From a virus: a stretch of DNA of 64,000 nucleotides. Below are positions 45,601-55,776 of the stretch, piece by piece (position 1 is the first letter of the stretch; each line of letters opens with the position of its first letter). A model generated the notes under the pieces. That model made no database searches. It saw only the letters and a list, made by a program, of their open reading frames with translations, and was not told the DNA's origin. Location: the IMG/VR virus record IMGVR_UViG_3300032240_001667, positions 1-64,000 of that record; one strand, written 5' to 3'. The position numbers and the translations under genes were made by a program.

Positions 45601-48239
45601 TAACTGCACCAGTTATTTCAAAAGATCAAAAGAATCCACCACAAGACTCTGGAACTAAAAAAGTAGATCAAGCATTAATTGACATAAATAAAAGATTAAG
45701 AGATGTTCGTAACTCATCTATCCTTGCAACAGAAAGTATGGCAGAATTATCTGCAGCCCTTGCAAAAACTGGAAGCAAAGCAGTGCTTGATCGTTTTGAT
45801 GGATTGTCACAAAGACTACTTAAATTAGGAAAAACACAACAGTTTACAGATTTCCTTACAGGTTTGGACGAAACTGAATTAGCAAAATATGGAAAGCGTG
45901 TAGTTAAAAAGGGTGTAAATCCTCTTAATGATACAAAAGATAAAACTCTTGATGTTGGTGCTTTTGTATTAAATGATAGAGGTAAAAAGTTTGAGGCTGG
46001 AATTAATCAATCAATTTCTGGAGACTATAACAAAATACAACTTCAATCTTCTATTTCTCAACAACAAGAATTAGTTGCAAGAAAAAAACTTGTTGCACTT
46101 GGATTCAATCAAAAAGATATTCAAACAATGCTTGCAGATGAAAACTATAGAACTCTTATTGCAACTGGCAAAGTTACCAATGAACAAATTAGACAAAATG
46201 CTGTTTTAACACAACAAAATAGAATAGTTGCATCAATAAACTCTCTTTATCAAAGTCAAGTAGATGCACAAAAAGTTTCGGATAACCAACAAAGAATTCC
46301 AGAAGTTGTTAAAATGTTACAGCAGGCTGGAGTTAATGCAGAAAGTATTAAAGCAGCACTTTCAGATCCACAAATGCTTCAAACTTTAATTGACGGAATG
46401 GATAATTTTGCTACAGCCTCTGCAGAAGTTAGAGATAACTTTAATAAAACATTAGGATATATTGATCAAATTCCAGATAGAAAACTTGTTGAAATTGTTT
46501 ATACACAATCAGATGCAGAAAAAACCATTAATGGTGCAAATGCTGCTATGCAATTATTTGATGCATATAAAAAAATTGATGAAAACTCATTAAAAAATGC
46601 ACAAGGAAATACTTATGCTGGCTTGCAAACTCAAATGGAAAATCTAAATAATCAAGCCAAAATTGCACAAGATGCAATAAATATGACTCAATCAAAAATT
46701 GATACAATGCAACAAGAGGTCGATAAGGCTCAGAGAGATATAGAAACTAATTTTACTAGACCAATTGAAGCAAGACAAAGATCAATAGATTTACTAAATC
46801 GTCAAGTTGAAATAAATTATACAAGACCAATTCAGGCTATACAAGATAGATCAACAATTCTTTCTCATGACCTAGAGGTAATGAATCATGCTGCAGATGC
46901 AATTAATAAAAAATATGACGATCAACAAACAGCCCTTACAAAAATTGCAGAGATTAATAATCAAATTATTCAACAACAGCAACAACAACTTGGTCTTGCC
47001 GATGCCTTAACAAAGGGAGATATTTCTGCTGCTGCAAAGGCTGCCCAAGACATGAGGGCAACAGGTGCAGCAAATTATGCTCAAAACGCACAAGATGCAC
47101 TTCAAAAAGCAAGACAGAATGAAATTGATGCACTACGTGGTGGGATAAGTGGAAAATCAGCAAAAGATATTCAAGAAGAACAATATCAAAATGGATTAAA
47201 AACCTACGATCTAGAACAACAAAAGGCTGTTGTTGATAAACAAATTCTTGGACTTCAAGATGAAATTTATCAGTTAGAACAGTCTAGACTTGCAGCCCAA
47301 GATGCTATTCAAATTAAAACAGATGCAATTGCTAAAATTCAATACGGACTCCTTTTAGATCAACAAAATGCATTAAAGGCAATAAATGATTCTATATTGC
47401 CATTACAACAACAGAGCGATATATTGTTTAATCAAATTTCTATAAATGATCAAAATAGACAAATATCTGGAAAAACAAGAAAAGAATGGGATGATTTATT
47501 GGTTGCAGCAACTGCAACAAAACTACTTGCAGAAGGAGATCTTGCTAGAGCATTAGGTGCAGCAGACTCTGTATCTGGAAGTATAAAGTCAAGTTGGGAT
47601 AGCATATTAGATAGTTATAATAAAATTAAAAGCAAATCAATTGAAATAAAGCAAACAATTATAACTGACTATATAACTGGAACGAAAAAATCTTCTTCTG
47701 GATCTACCGCTCCAACAGGCAAAGCAAATGAACCCGATGCTGCTGGTTTAACATATGACCCTAACGGAGAAAAAGGTAAAACTGCTGAAGAGTTAAAGAA
47801 ATTTGATGATGCTGCAATAGCAAAATATGCAACAGGTGCAGAAGCGGCTGCAGCAGCAGCAAGATTAGCAGAAAAAGCACGACTCGATGCAATCGCAGCC
47901 GATGCAGCAATGTTCCCTGGAGGAAGAAGAGCAGGATATTCAATGGGCGGACTTGTACCTGCTTATTTTGCAACAGGTGGATACGCAATAGGAACTGATA
48001 CCGTTCCAGCAATGCTAACTCCTGGGGAATTTGTAATGAGCAAATATGCTGTAAACCAACATGGTGTTAATACATTAAGAGCAATGAACAACGGCTCTGC
48101 ATCAATAGGAGATTCAGTGTATAATTATAACCTTAACATAAATGTTAGGTCTGATTCAAGTCCAGATGAAATTGCACAAACAGTTATGGCACAAATAAAG
48201 CAAGTAGACTCACAAAGACTTAGGGGAAATAGATTATAA
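39627..48239 (+). CDS. Tape measure protein (2870 aa)
   Basis: TP901-like core (GINASEGANALKS), hydrophobic stretch, long coiled coil, two DTVPAMLTPGE motifs. Confidence 0.93.
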   Translation: MSDVNANIGIHFDTANALAQLRQLQAGLSKFNQSLTEGNIAAANAQKGINAQLVQSINSTGQFVASQKSIASSTASFTDALEKNKLSMGQYFRYTSAAATLNSNSLQGFFTKEKEILTRASKDRVKALQSQYIQLNNANGEFVKVLQVMPKHLATVNGQYADYATRVQMAAQRQQMLNQLIQQGSTQLLNFGKNTQWAGRQLMVGLTVPLTILGSTAAKTFRDMEQATVDFQRVYGDMFTSNGATDKAVADIRALGKEFTKFGVAATDTMKLAAQVAAMGLTGSALNAQVTAATKLSVLGQVSQQDALNTTISLQNAFGISSDELAKKIDYLNAVENQTILSIQDMTTAIPKAAPVVKQLGGNVEDLAFFLTAMREGGINASEGANALKSSLASIINPSKKATELLSSFGISIKGIVDANAGNLKGTVIGLAKALDTLAPLDRARAIETMFGKFQFARISTLLQNITKSGSQAATALSLAGASTAELAILSQREMSKVENAVGVKFQKSIENIKIQLMPIGKAFLQAVTPVVQFVGKILEKFNNLSDGTKKFVIGTIAVLGGIAPVVLMTVGLIANGAANLMKFFGMLRGSMAKLNGQNSVLGGGFDYLTQAEIENLAQSQALHTSHKELISTFNVEAESLNLLATAYANAASQARSLASGSPGLFNAKPGAAGAVSNLPRTKFANGGVVPGSGNEDTVPAMLTPGEVVLTKDTVNNNSELVSALINGKIKKYSQGPGKKTIDGRQSLAVRAATIQSSLQIPGAEGWNGRIESLVAGVLADGEKATQRIVQFAKDSGRDISASQLTALEEERHKMLDALESGASEILNDKGTEKVKKASASVAKNWLKQKAIAEGVPVEGNTNLFNALLPQGRQSENPQEGHQTLAKIVPLDQVAKDINIVKDAAVKDLNTTVDALKEAGYGKPGGPAMPSTRVVSLTTAAETGSVNRQLAETTPEGQQAYLADYSLKTGKQTSSMAVPYLEDVKTLGPERWKNVTKAMGIKFDTVAQDFKKFDDDYVRNVEDWISKNPGGFFNDSVKEEILSATRANAPKSVQTILNASDQIFVAIRTSLDEVTRKIITDFANKNGLDVPSIAREGDNNHARLGKIEARTVGSAVGSVAGTTPSEIKKNTKAEVEAIISAKKAGAELGSAATDGIRGPSGTDAKSPSKKGINAGKEVGDGLIVGMQEKELEVASQAGKLGKSAIPTMQGDKVDVGNKAFYDEMNNPADREERQVFKSEDRQRRKLATISSSKLSKIVEQHTKDLANSTESSVLTQQEINKNLKESAIATAKAKIADQKLALQKEEAALIPNGSQTGNIPSTYVSNSEAQDIAADIARDKNGQIIMDPQTNSPYTKKQLNEIKRGMRRERVGQFSGKAAGALGVATMVSGAMGAPGQVTAGLGIASTVASLAPALAGMGPVGIAVTSIAAAGAAALYLKNKFDEMVSAQVKYVESVSATTEKMKKIGEITGKVGASELYTKLRAEGSSNAYTSSFERGKQQFGTDFLSSDVGKAINKGFVSDLAVSGSKKAAETLALQLSTYISDGVLSAEQAYSVARQIGLNLGNMTLGTQIQGKITELVGPDGKDILNNPLDVRVRIIQEKQQNNAVTEQSALKSKNTRTWWQYILGLSNQEQAQQFAALNASQSQTLVTIQAQRDAQNKMYDDQVRALEAQKAATTDKAKQLEIDNKIKTARKQQADDDAVFAKKSAEQRKKILKDYNLALKEDNKGREWAEITVNANAVLQASAASVKAKFTGDSAPIANALLAKTKDLKSQAIELQINTMVAGGDLDPTSAIAILDMFGKDEKGMMKTLTTALELHDPGKVQELITLTQSLGGKLGLKILVDLGAEKDPVKFANEMNTLQLLSQLDSKEINIKVFLQKSGNLESLSSLLDKIDQKVGKNGITLKVLQDVQKVDPNMPDLSGLIADWQKYKDQPASIQKSVLLTYTSIYKTIGTDEIAKYRAAHPEMGDASDAEIQGKIAADLVPNKITAPVISKDQKNPPQDSGTKKVDQALIDINKRLRDVRNSSILATESMAELSAALAKTGSKAVLDRFDGLSQRLLKLGKTQQFTDFLTGLDETELAKYGKRVVKKGVNPLNDTKDKTLDVGAFVLNDRGKKFEAGINQSISGDYNKIQLQSSISQQQELVARKKLVALGFNQKDIQTMLADENYRTLIATGKVTNEQIRQNAVLTQQNRIVASINSLYQSQVDAQKVSDNQQRIPEVVKMLQQAGVNAESIKAALSDPQMLQTLIDGMDNFATASAEVRDNFNKTLGYIDQIPDRKLVEIVYTQSDAEKTINGANAAMQLFDAYKKIDENSLKNAQGNTYAGLQTQMENLNNQAKIAQDAINMTQSKIDTMQQEVDKAQRDIETNFTRPIEARQRSIDLLNRQVEINYTRPIQAIQDRSTILSHDLEVMNHAADAINKKYDDQQTALTKIAEINNQIIQQQQQQLGLADALTKGDISAAAKAAQDMRATGAANYAQNAQDALQKARQNEIDALRGGISGKSAKDIQEEQYQNGLKTYDLEQQKAVVDKQILGLQDEIYQLEQSRLAAQDAIQIKTDAIAKIQYGLLLDQQNALKAINDSILPLQQQSDILFNQISINDQNRQISGKTRKEWDDLLVAATATKLLAEGDLARALGAADSVSGSIKSSWDSILDSYNKIKSKSIEIKQTIITDYITGTKKSSSGSTAPTGKANEPDAAGLTYDPNGEKGKTAEELKKFDDAAIAKYATGAEAAAAAARLAEKARLDAIAADAAMFPGGRRAGYSMGGLVPAYFATGGYAIGTDTVPAMLTPGEFVMSKYAVNQHGVNTLRAMNNGSASIGDSVYNYNLNINVRSDSSPDEIAQTVMAQIKQVDSQRLRGNRL

Positions 48240-48898
48240 TGGCATCAGCAACATATATGACAGGAAGAAAAAAATATGGAAGACCTCAAGGTATTTTATT
48301 TTCAAATAATCCTGGCACATTAGTAAATGGTCTATATGTTCCAAATGGTCATGAAATAGGACAAGATCCAGGATCAGAAACAGATGCATCTATGCTAGAT
48401 CAGTTTATAATTTTGTCTGATCACAATCGTGGAGAGATAAAAATAGCGGGGCAAAGAATTGAAAAAAGATCAAGAATGATTAATGGAAATATGCGTTCAT
48501 ATCATATTGCAGATAAAGACACATATGACATTCAGTGGAATGCCCTTCCATCACGCTCTTTTAGTTCAAACCCACAGTTCAATGCATCAACTGGTAAAAG
48601 CAGCCTCACAGGCCTTTCTGGGCTACCTACAGGGGTTGATTCTGAGTATACTATAGATGGTGGTGCAGGAGCATCAGAACTATTGAACTGGTATGAAAAT
48701 CACAAAGGTTCATTTTGGATGTTTTTGGCATATGATAAATATAAAAATTTTGGTAACTCTGATTCTGCATATGGGCATTTAAATCAGTACAATCAAATTG
48801 TTGAAGTTTATTTTTCAAAATTTGATTATGGTATTACACAAAGAGGACAAACTACATTTGATCTTTGGAATGTTTCCATGACCTTGGAAGAAGTTTAA
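48239..48898 (+). CDS. Distal tail-like protein
   Basis: Position after the tape measure; RMING.MRSY...WNVSMTLEEV. Confidence 0.6.
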   Translation: MASATYMTGRKKYGRPQGILFSNNPGTLVNGLYVPNGHEIGQDPGSETDASMLDQFIILSDHNRGEIKIAGQRIEKRSRMINGNMRSYHIADKDTYDIQWNALPSRSFSSNPQFNASTGKSSLTGLSGLPTGVDSEYTIDGGAGASELLNWYENHKGSFWMFLAYDKYKNFGNSDSAYGHLNQYNQIVEVYFSKFDYGITQRGQTTFDLWNVSMTLEEV

Positions 48899-51800
48899 TG
48901 TTTAACAATTTAGAACTTCAACAACATCTTGAAGAATCTCAAACAATTAAAAGTCAGTCTGCAATTATTGCAGAGTGGAATATGAATATTCCTTCCAATA
49001 TTTTAAAAATTGGAAATTATCGTTATAGACCAACAGATAAAGATTCAAAATTTTATTTACTTCCAAACTCATTTGATAATGTAGATCTTGGTGGTTATTA
49101 TACTGGTGCAACAGATGCAGACATTGTAATTGATGGAGGATTTGATGATTCAGGACTTCCTACATTATTGACTGCAAACAAAGATAAACTTAAAACATTA
49201 TACTCTTTAGAAGATTGTTTTAAACAGTTTAGACCTAGGTCTGGAATTAATAAAGCAAAATATTTATCTGGATCTTTTTTACATCATGCAAATATGTCAA
49301 TGGCAAATAGACCTAGGTATTATATGCCAGACAAAGCAGATATATTTAAATACTGGACTTCTTTTAGAACTGAAAATAATGTTGAGTATGGCATAGCAAA
49401 CAAAACAATAAATAGTGAAAAAGTAATTGAAGATGCTGTTCCGTTTGTTGTTTATAATGAAGTTATTCCAACAAATAGAATTGTTATTAAGATGCAAACT
49501 CAAATTGGAACCGTTGACCTTGGAACATTTTATAATGCCTCAACAACATTTTTAGATCCTTTTTATGGTGATGCAAATAAATCAACACCATCAAAATGGA
49601 AGGTTCAGTGTTTAAAAGGAAATAATTGGGTAGATGCAATATCTTTTACATCACAATCTTTAAAGGCAGATGGTTCTCCATTAATTGGTCCAGATGGATA
49701 TGTTGAACTATCTTATGGATTGAAAGTTCCACAAAGATATAAGAGCAATTTTGCATTTGCAGAAAAACTTTCATCATCAAACTTGTTACCAGAAAAAAAT
49801 ATTGAAGGATATGCTTATTTAATTATTGAAAATCCAAATACAAATGGATTGTTTTATGTTTGGCATAATGGAATTTATGAAACATTTATTCCAGAATATA
49901 CTTGGCAAGTAGCAAATGAAGAAACAGATAGGCTAACAAATTTTGTTACAGATTTAACAAACCCAGACTACTATGGTTTATCAATAGATGGGTCTAAAAA
50001 ATACAGAGAGTTTGATTATATTAAGGGAATTAGAGTAGTAGTAGACTCTATGACTAAAACAAATGCAACATTTGATTTAATAGAATTATCTCCAAGACTT
50101 TCAGTTAATTTAACAGATAAAATTGAAAACTTTTCAATTACAAAAAGTGCTTCTGATTTAGGTCAAAGTGGTTTGCCAGTTGGACAATTATTGGCATCAA
50201 CTGGAAAAATAAAAATGTTTGACTACGATGATTCTTTTAATGAAAATAATAAACAAAGTATTATTTGTAATTATATAACAAGGCATATTCAATTTAAGTT
50301 TTATGAAATACTAGTTGATGTAGGTGGTTATGATTATTTTGTACCCATAAAAACACTTTACTCAGATAGTTTTCCATCTATATCTAATTCAGATAAGACA
50401 GTAGAATTAACCTTAAGAGATATGTTCTTTTATTTGGAATCAACCACAGCACCTCAAATTTTATCTACAAACGTTTCTCTTAGTTCTGCAATTTCTTTAC
50501 TATTAGATTATGTTGGTTTTTCTAATTATACATTTAAAAGAATTGCTGGAGAAACTGAAGTTATTATTCCATACTTTTTTGTTCCACCAGATACAAGCGT
50601 TGCAAAAATATTAGAAGATTTAGCAATATCGACACAGACAGCAATGTTCTTTGATGAATATAACAACTTTGTTATGATGACCAAAAATTATATTATGCCA
50701 TCAGAAACTGAAAGAGCAACAGACTTTGTATTATACGGAACACAAGAAATTGAAAAAAATGGAATTATAGAAAATTATAAAACAAACAAAAAATTATCAA
50801 ATATAGTTGAATTAACAAATCAAAATTCTCAGGTATATAATGATGGATCAATTAATTATAATACAAGATACATTCAGAGATCTATAGGATCTTTAAGGCA
50901 AGCAAGTTTAATTGATAATGAAAGAACTTGGATTTACAAGCCAGTTCTTTTGTGGGAAGTTTCAGGAACACAAAATACAAAATCAATAAATGAAGAAGTA
51001 GGAAATCAATCTTCTTATGTTTTGGCTGCTATTCCATTAAACTTAGATTTATCTAATGATGTTCCTATTGTTAAAAACAATATTTTAATTAACAATACCA
51101 TGAGTTTGGGAGAGGCTGTTTATTGGATAACAAGATATAATGGATATTTTTATGCAAATGGTGAAATTATAAAATTTGATGCAGTTGAATATAATATTTC
51201 TGGAATTGGAAATGTTTGGATATCTAGTGTACAAGAATATCAAAATTATTTTTCAAAATTGCCTTTTAATGGAAAAATTTATCCAACAGGTTCTATAAGA
51301 ATATTTGCAGAACCAAATTATGAAGAAATAGACGGAGTGCTAAAATTAAAAAATGGTCCAGTTGCAAAACATGGAAGAGGACAGTTTGGAACAGATGTTG
51401 TATATCATAATTCAGGATTAAATAATTATTGGTCAGACAATGCAAATATTCGTGGTGTAACAATGAAATCAGATATATTATTTAATACAATGTCTGTAGA
51501 ACTTCCAACATCCTCAGATGGATTATCTGTGGGTGCTGCTGGACAATCTTCATTTATTGACTTAGGTGTTCCTGCTACAGATAACCCACAAACAAGCAAT
51601 GTCATTGCACAAAAAACTACTAGAAACGGAATTATAAAAAACTTTCTTTCTTCTACATCTTTAGATCAGTCGACATTAAATTCATTAAAGAGTACACAAA
51701 CGGGAACAGTTCAATCTTCTGCTTTAGTTATGAATGGTCCATCATTAACAACTTATCCAAAAGCAGCAGATTTTATTTCATATGTTTATAAACCTTTAAC

Positions 51801-53229
51801 AGATAGTTTTAAACATTTTGGAACTAGAATGAGAGTTATTGGCAAAATTGAAAATAATTTAGATAGAGGTCAATCTGCAACGGGTGGAACAACATATTAT
51901 GTAGTTCCTGGAACAACACCAGATCAAAACATAAACATCTCTGCTGGAAGTGGTGGTTTAGCGGTAATGCTAAATTCAGAAACCAATAATGGTTATTATT
52001 TTGAAATAGCAGCACTTGGTTCTACAAGTCTTGCAAATACTGCAACTAGTAATGTAAACAATGTTTTCTTTTATAAATTATTAAAAGATAGTAAGGGTAA
52101 TGCTGTTCCAGTAAAACTTTGGGAAGGCCTATCAAACATAATTGTAGATGATGGAAACTTCACTGGACAATATAGGGTTGCTGCTGAACAAAATCCAACA
52201 GTATATGATTTGTCTGTAGAATATGAAAACATAGGAACATTAAGAAGATTTTATTTATATATTAATGAAACATTAGTTAAGATCGTTGATGACACAAATC
52301 CATTACCAGTTTATAATAATATGGCATTATTTGTTAGAGGCTCTTCAAGAGTAATGTTTGAAAATATTTTTGCACTTACAAATAATTATTCTCAAAATAC
52401 ATCTTTTGCTTTAGATACACCAGTCAATTCAATATTTGATAATAATGAAATAAATGTTAATGATTCTTTTAGAAAATATGCAATGAGTGGAATTATCCAG
52501 GGAACATATCTTAGTGGAATATCTTCAGTAGAACCATCTAAATATAAAATATACTTTGATGAGTTTGGAACAATAATGAGAGAAGCGTCATCATTTAACA
52601 TAAGGTATGATAAAGCCTATCCAGCGTTGTACGCAAAACTATCTCCAACATTTAATAGATTAAAGGGATACACTGTTTCTGGATTTAGAGCAGGTTCCTA
52701 TGGTGCAGAATTTTTAATTTTTAATGCTACGGATACGGCTCTCAGTCTTGATGAAACTACTGGAAACTATTTAAGAATTCAAGGTATTACGTTTACTCAG
52801 CAATCACCAAATGTTTTGCGTGTAGATGATTACTTTACAAAAAATTCAAATCTATCAGATCCTTTAATAAATAAAGATGTAGTAATACAATCACCAATGA
52901 AAATTGCAAAAGACTATGAAGATATTAAAATTAGCAGAATGACTTATGGTAAAAAAGACTTTAGTTTAAATGTTCCATATATTCAAACATCAGATGATGC
53001 AAACGATTTAATGAAATGGATTATATCAAAAATTATGAAACCAAGAAAGTCTTTAGGAATTAAAATTTTTGCTATTCCAACACTGCAACTTGGAGATATA
53101 GTAGAAGTTAAATATACTGAAAACGGTATAGATAAAGCAGGTACCTCTAGGTTTGTTGTATATAATATAGAATATTCAAAAGCCTTAGAAGGTCCAGATA
53201 TGACAATATTTGTAAGTGAGGTAGTGTAA
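48898..53229 (+). CDS. Large baseplate hub / tail tip protein
   Basis: QTAMFFDEYNNFV and PTLQLGDIVEV hub-like motifs; synteny. Confidence 0.65.
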   Translation: MFNNLELQQHLEESQTIKSQSAIIAEWNMNIPSNILKIGNYRYRPTDKDSKFYLLPNSFDNVDLGGYYTGATDADIVIDGGFDDSGLPTLLTANKDKLKTLYSLEDCFKQFRPRSGINKAKYLSGSFLHHANMSMANRPRYYMPDKADIFKYWTSFRTENNVEYGIANKTINSEKVIEDAVPFVVYNEVIPTNRIVIKMQTQIGTVDLGTFYNASTTFLDPFYGDANKSTPSKWKVQCLKGNNWVDAISFTSQSLKADGSPLIGPDGYVELSYGLKVPQRYKSNFAFAEKLSSSNLLPEKNIEGYAYLIIENPNTNGLFYVWHNGIYETFIPEYTWQVANEETDRLTNFVTDLTNPDYYGLSIDGSKKYREFDYIKGIRVVVDSMTKTNATFDLIELSPRLSVNLTDKIENFSITKSASDLGQSGLPVGQLLASTGKIKMFDYDDSFNENNKQSIICNYITRHIQFKFYEILVDVGGYDYFVPIKTLYSDSFPSISNSDKTVELTLRDMFFYLESTTAPQILSTNVSLSSAISLLLDYVGFSNYTFKRIAGETEVIIPYFFVPPDTSVAKILEDLAISTQTAMFFDEYNNFVMMTKNYIMPSETERATDFVLYGTQEIEKNGIIENYKTNKKLSNIVELTNQNSQVYNDGSINYNTRYIQRSIGSLRQASLIDNERTWIYKPVLLWEVSGTQNTKSINEEVGNQSSYVLAAIPLNLDLSNDVPIVKNNILINNTMSLGEAVYWITRYNGYFYANGEIIKFDAVEYNISGIGNVWISSVQEYQNYFSKLPFNGKIYPTGSIRIFAEPNYEEIDGVLKLKNGPVAKHGRGQFGTDVVYHNSGLNNYWSDNANIRGVTMKSDILFNTMSVELPTSSDGLSVGAAGQSSFIDLGVPATDNPQTSNVIAQKTTRNGIIKNFLSSTSLDQSTLNSLKSTQTGTVQSSALVMNGPSLTTYPKAADFISYVYKPLTDSFKHFGTRMRVIGKIENNLDRGQSATGGTTYYVVPGTTPDQNINISAGSGGLAVMLNSETNNGYYFEIAALGSTSLANTATSNVNNVFFYKLLKDSKGNAVPVKLWEGLSNIIVDDGNFTGQYRVAAEQNPTVYDLSVEYENIGTLRRFYLYINETLVKIVDDTNPLPVYNNMALFVRGSSRVMFENIFALTNNYSQNTSFALDTPVNSIFDNNEINVNDSFRKYAMSGIIQGTYLSGISSVEPSKYKIYFDEFGTIMREASSFNIRYDKAYPALYAKLSPTFNRLKGYTVSGFRAGSYGAEFLIFNATDTALSLDETTGNYLRIQGITFTQQSPNVLRVDDYFTKNSNLSDPLINKDVVIQSPMKIAKDYEDIKISRMTYGKKDFSLNVPYIQTSDDANDLMKWIISKIMKPRKSLGIKIFAIPTLQLGDIVEVKYTENGIDKAGTSRFVVYNIEYSKALEGPDMTIFVSEVV

Positions 53230-53726
53230 TGACTGTAGATGCTACAGCAAATCAACCAGCAACTGCTACTGCAAGTACAAGCACTCCAACAGTAAAGATT
53301 GCTACACCCGATCTATTTATTTTTAAAGACAGTGTTGTTCCAATTGAGGTAATGACAGATTTAATTTTTGAAGATATTGGTGGAGAAGAATTAATAAGTA
53401 TATCAAGAAACGATATTATTTCTGGTCAAACAATTTCGTATCAACCAATTAAAAATATTAGTCGTTTATATCTTCAATATAATCCACAAAATATTTTAAA
53501 TTTGCAAGATACATCTGCTACATTCTTTAAAAATTATCCAATTAAATTTGAAAACTGTATACCATCTAAAGGTACTGGTCCAAACGGAGAGATAGTTTAT
53601 CTTGACCCAATAACTGGAGATTTGATTATTAATGTTATCAATTTGGCAACTGATGAACAAGTTGATGTTCAAATTTTAACATCTGGATCAATACTTAATG
53701 GTACAATATATGAGGTGAAAAATTAA
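53229..53726 (+). CDS. Putative tail protein
   Basis: ORF track; synteny. Confidence 0.55.
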   Translation: MTVDATANQPATATASTSTPTVKIATPDLFIFKDSVVPIEVMTDLIFEDIGGEELISISRNDIISGQTISYQPIKNISRLYLQYNPQNILNLQDTSATFFKNYPIKFENCIPSKGTGPNGEIVYLDPITGDLIINVINLATDEQVDVQILTSGSILNGTIYEVKN

Positions 53727-54889
53727 TGATAACTAATACTGGAAAAAGCATTATTTCAAAATATTTGATAGGTCAGGCTCCAGCCTATGCCTCATATGTT
53801 GCTGTTGGCTGTGGGGTAAACCCATTAAACTTAACAGACACATTTCCTGACTTTTCTGAAAAAACTGCTTTAGATTTTGAAATGTTTCGTGTTCCTATAG
53901 TTTCTCGTGGATTTGTAAATGAAAACGGAATAAATAAAGTTGTATTAACAGCAGAACTGCCAACAGAAGAAAGATATGAAATTACAGAAATTGGAGTATA
54001 TTCAGCAGGATCAAACCCATCTGCTGGTGCTTATGACAGTAGAGTGCTTTATGCTTTTACACAAAATGAAAATTGGGAATATCATTCAAAAACTGCAGCA
54101 TCTGCAATAAATGCTGTATACACGCCACTAGATGGTTCAAATGAAGATAATATAATTGTTGAACAAGAAAAAGTTTTTCAAACAAATGCAGATAACAGAA
54201 TTTTTACAGATAGTGTAAGACTTAATAGAAATGAAAGATGCAGATTTTTAAATAATATAATTGTTTTATCTGGAGATTTGTCAAAAATAAATGTTTTACA
54301 AAATGAAAAATTAGATGTTGATTTATCTTGGGTGCAACAAGACACTGGAAGATCTTCAGAACATATTCACTTAAACGGTGTTACTGCAGACTTTAACAAG
54401 CAGTCTCCATTAGATGAACTTAAATTGTGTTTTTCTGTTATTAATAAAAATGGTCATGATGGAACAAGGCCAGATAAAATAAGATTAATTTTAGAGTTTG
54501 CAACTGATGATGCTTATAGTCAAGGACAATCTGCAAGATTTGAAGTAAACCTATCTCATATTGCTGGCGATCCAATTAAAGATTTTACATCAAACAGATA
54601 CTTTGTTGTTTCTAAACAACTACAAGAATTAACAAAAACACAAGCATTTTCTTGGGGATCTGCAAATATACTTAAGGTTTATGCGTCAGTAATTGACACA
54701 AGCGGAAATGTTTCTAGCAACTTTTTAGTTTGTCTAGATGCTCTAAGGATTGAAAATACATCTAGTCAAAATCCATTGTATGGACTTACTGGATATTCTG
54801 TTATTAAAAATACAAATGCTAGACCAATTGTTAAATCTGCAAATACCACCAACTTTATTGAATTTAGGTTTAATGTTGGTGTTTCATAA
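53726..54889 (+). CDS. Putative baseplate / tail protein
   Basis: MITNTGK...YVAVGCG...ITEIGVY pattern. Confidence 0.6.
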   Translation: MITNTGKSIISKYLIGQAPAYASYVAVGCGVNPLNLTDTFPDFSEKTALDFEMFRVPIVSRGFVNENGINKVVLTAELPTEERYEITEIGVYSAGSNPSAGAYDSRVLYAFTQNENWEYHSKTAASAINAVYTPLDGSNEDNIIVEQEKVFQTNADNRIFTDSVRLNRNERCRFLNNIIVLSGDLSKINVLQNEKLDVDLSWVQQDTGRSSEHIHLNGVTADFNKQSPLDELKLCFSVINKNGHDGTRPDKIRLILEFATDDAYSQGQSARFEVNLSHIAGDPIKDFTSNRYFVVSKQLQELTKTQAFSWGSANILKVYASVIDTSGNVSSNFLVCLDALRIENTSSQNPLYGLTGYSVIKNTNARPIVKSANTTNFIEFRFNVGVS

Positions 54890-55326
54890 TGTTAAATAAT
54901 ATAAAAAAAGTTGTTATTCCTAAAAATCAATTGCCAGCATTTAATGGAGAAGATCAAACATACATTGTTAGATATAGGATTGTATCTGAAGATAAAAATA
55001 GAACATCTCATTGGTCTCCGCAATATCATCTTGCAGCACCAACATCTCAAACTGTAGAATATGGAATTTCATTAGATCCTACTAAAAAAATAATAACAGT
55101 TGTTTGGACAGCACCCACAAATACTAATAATATTTTTGACATGTATGTTAAATGGGATAATCAGAGTTGGGAATATTTTGGTTCTGTTTCAACAACAATT
55201 TTTGCACTTGTTGCCAAGTCTGGTGCAACATCAGTAAAAGTATCTGCACAAGTTCCAACATTTCCTAAGAAAAAATTTACCAATGCAACAATATTTGAAA
55301 CACCAACAACGAGCCTAGTGGTATAA
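54889..55326 (+). CDS. Putative tail protein (FN3-like)
   Basis: YIVRYRIVSEDKNRTSHWS. Confidence 0.55.
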   Translation: MLNNIKKVVIPKNQLPAFNGEDQTYIVRYRIVSEDKNRTSHWSPQYHLAAPTSQTVEYGISLDPTKKIITVVWTAPTNTNNIFDMYVKWDNQSWEYFGSVSTTIFALVAKSGATSVKVSAQVPTFPKKKFTNATIFETPTTSLVV

Positions 55327-55332
55327 TAGATT

Positions 55333-55776
55333 ATGGCAAAAATTCCATTACCAGAGCGTGGTCAACCACTTGATGTATCTTATATTTATCAACTTGCAAA
55401 TGCAGTAAATGAATTATCAACACAGGTATCTCCAGCACTTTACAAATATGTAACAATTGATACTCCTGGTGTTGGTCAACAAAATGTAAAAGCCTCAGAG
55501 GCTAGGATTTTGGGCGGATATGTAGAAATCGTAAACAGTGCTTCAAAAACAAAAGGAGACACAGTTCCATTTTCTTATGCCTTTAGTACAGATTTTAAGT
55601 ATGCACCAATTGCAGTTGCTACGCCAGTAAACATTGGAAACACCCCTGCAGGTAAAAATGTTTCAGTTGTTTTAAAATCTGTAACAACATCAAAAGTAGA
55701 GGGTGTTGTTCTTTTTAATGAAACAGGTGATTTAACTGTAGCGGTAAACCTAGTAGTTATAGGAATACCAAATTAG
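55333..55776 (+). CDS. Putative tail-associated protein
   Basis: ORF track; beta-rich C-terminus. Confidence 0.55.
   Translation: MAKIPLPERGQPLDVSYIYQLANAVNELSTQVSPALYKYVTIDTPGVGQQNVKASEARILGGYVEIVNSASKTKGDTVPFSYAFSTDFKYAPIAVATPVNIGNTPAGKNVSVVLKSVTTSKVEGVVLFNETGDLTVAVNLVVIGIPN

Noticed and set aside
15423-47163. Many alternate-frame and antisense ORFs (e.g. 20691..21269, 32564..33151, 18718..19089)
   Set aside because: They are shadows of Ala/Thr-rich genes with biased codon usage and have no independent expression signals.
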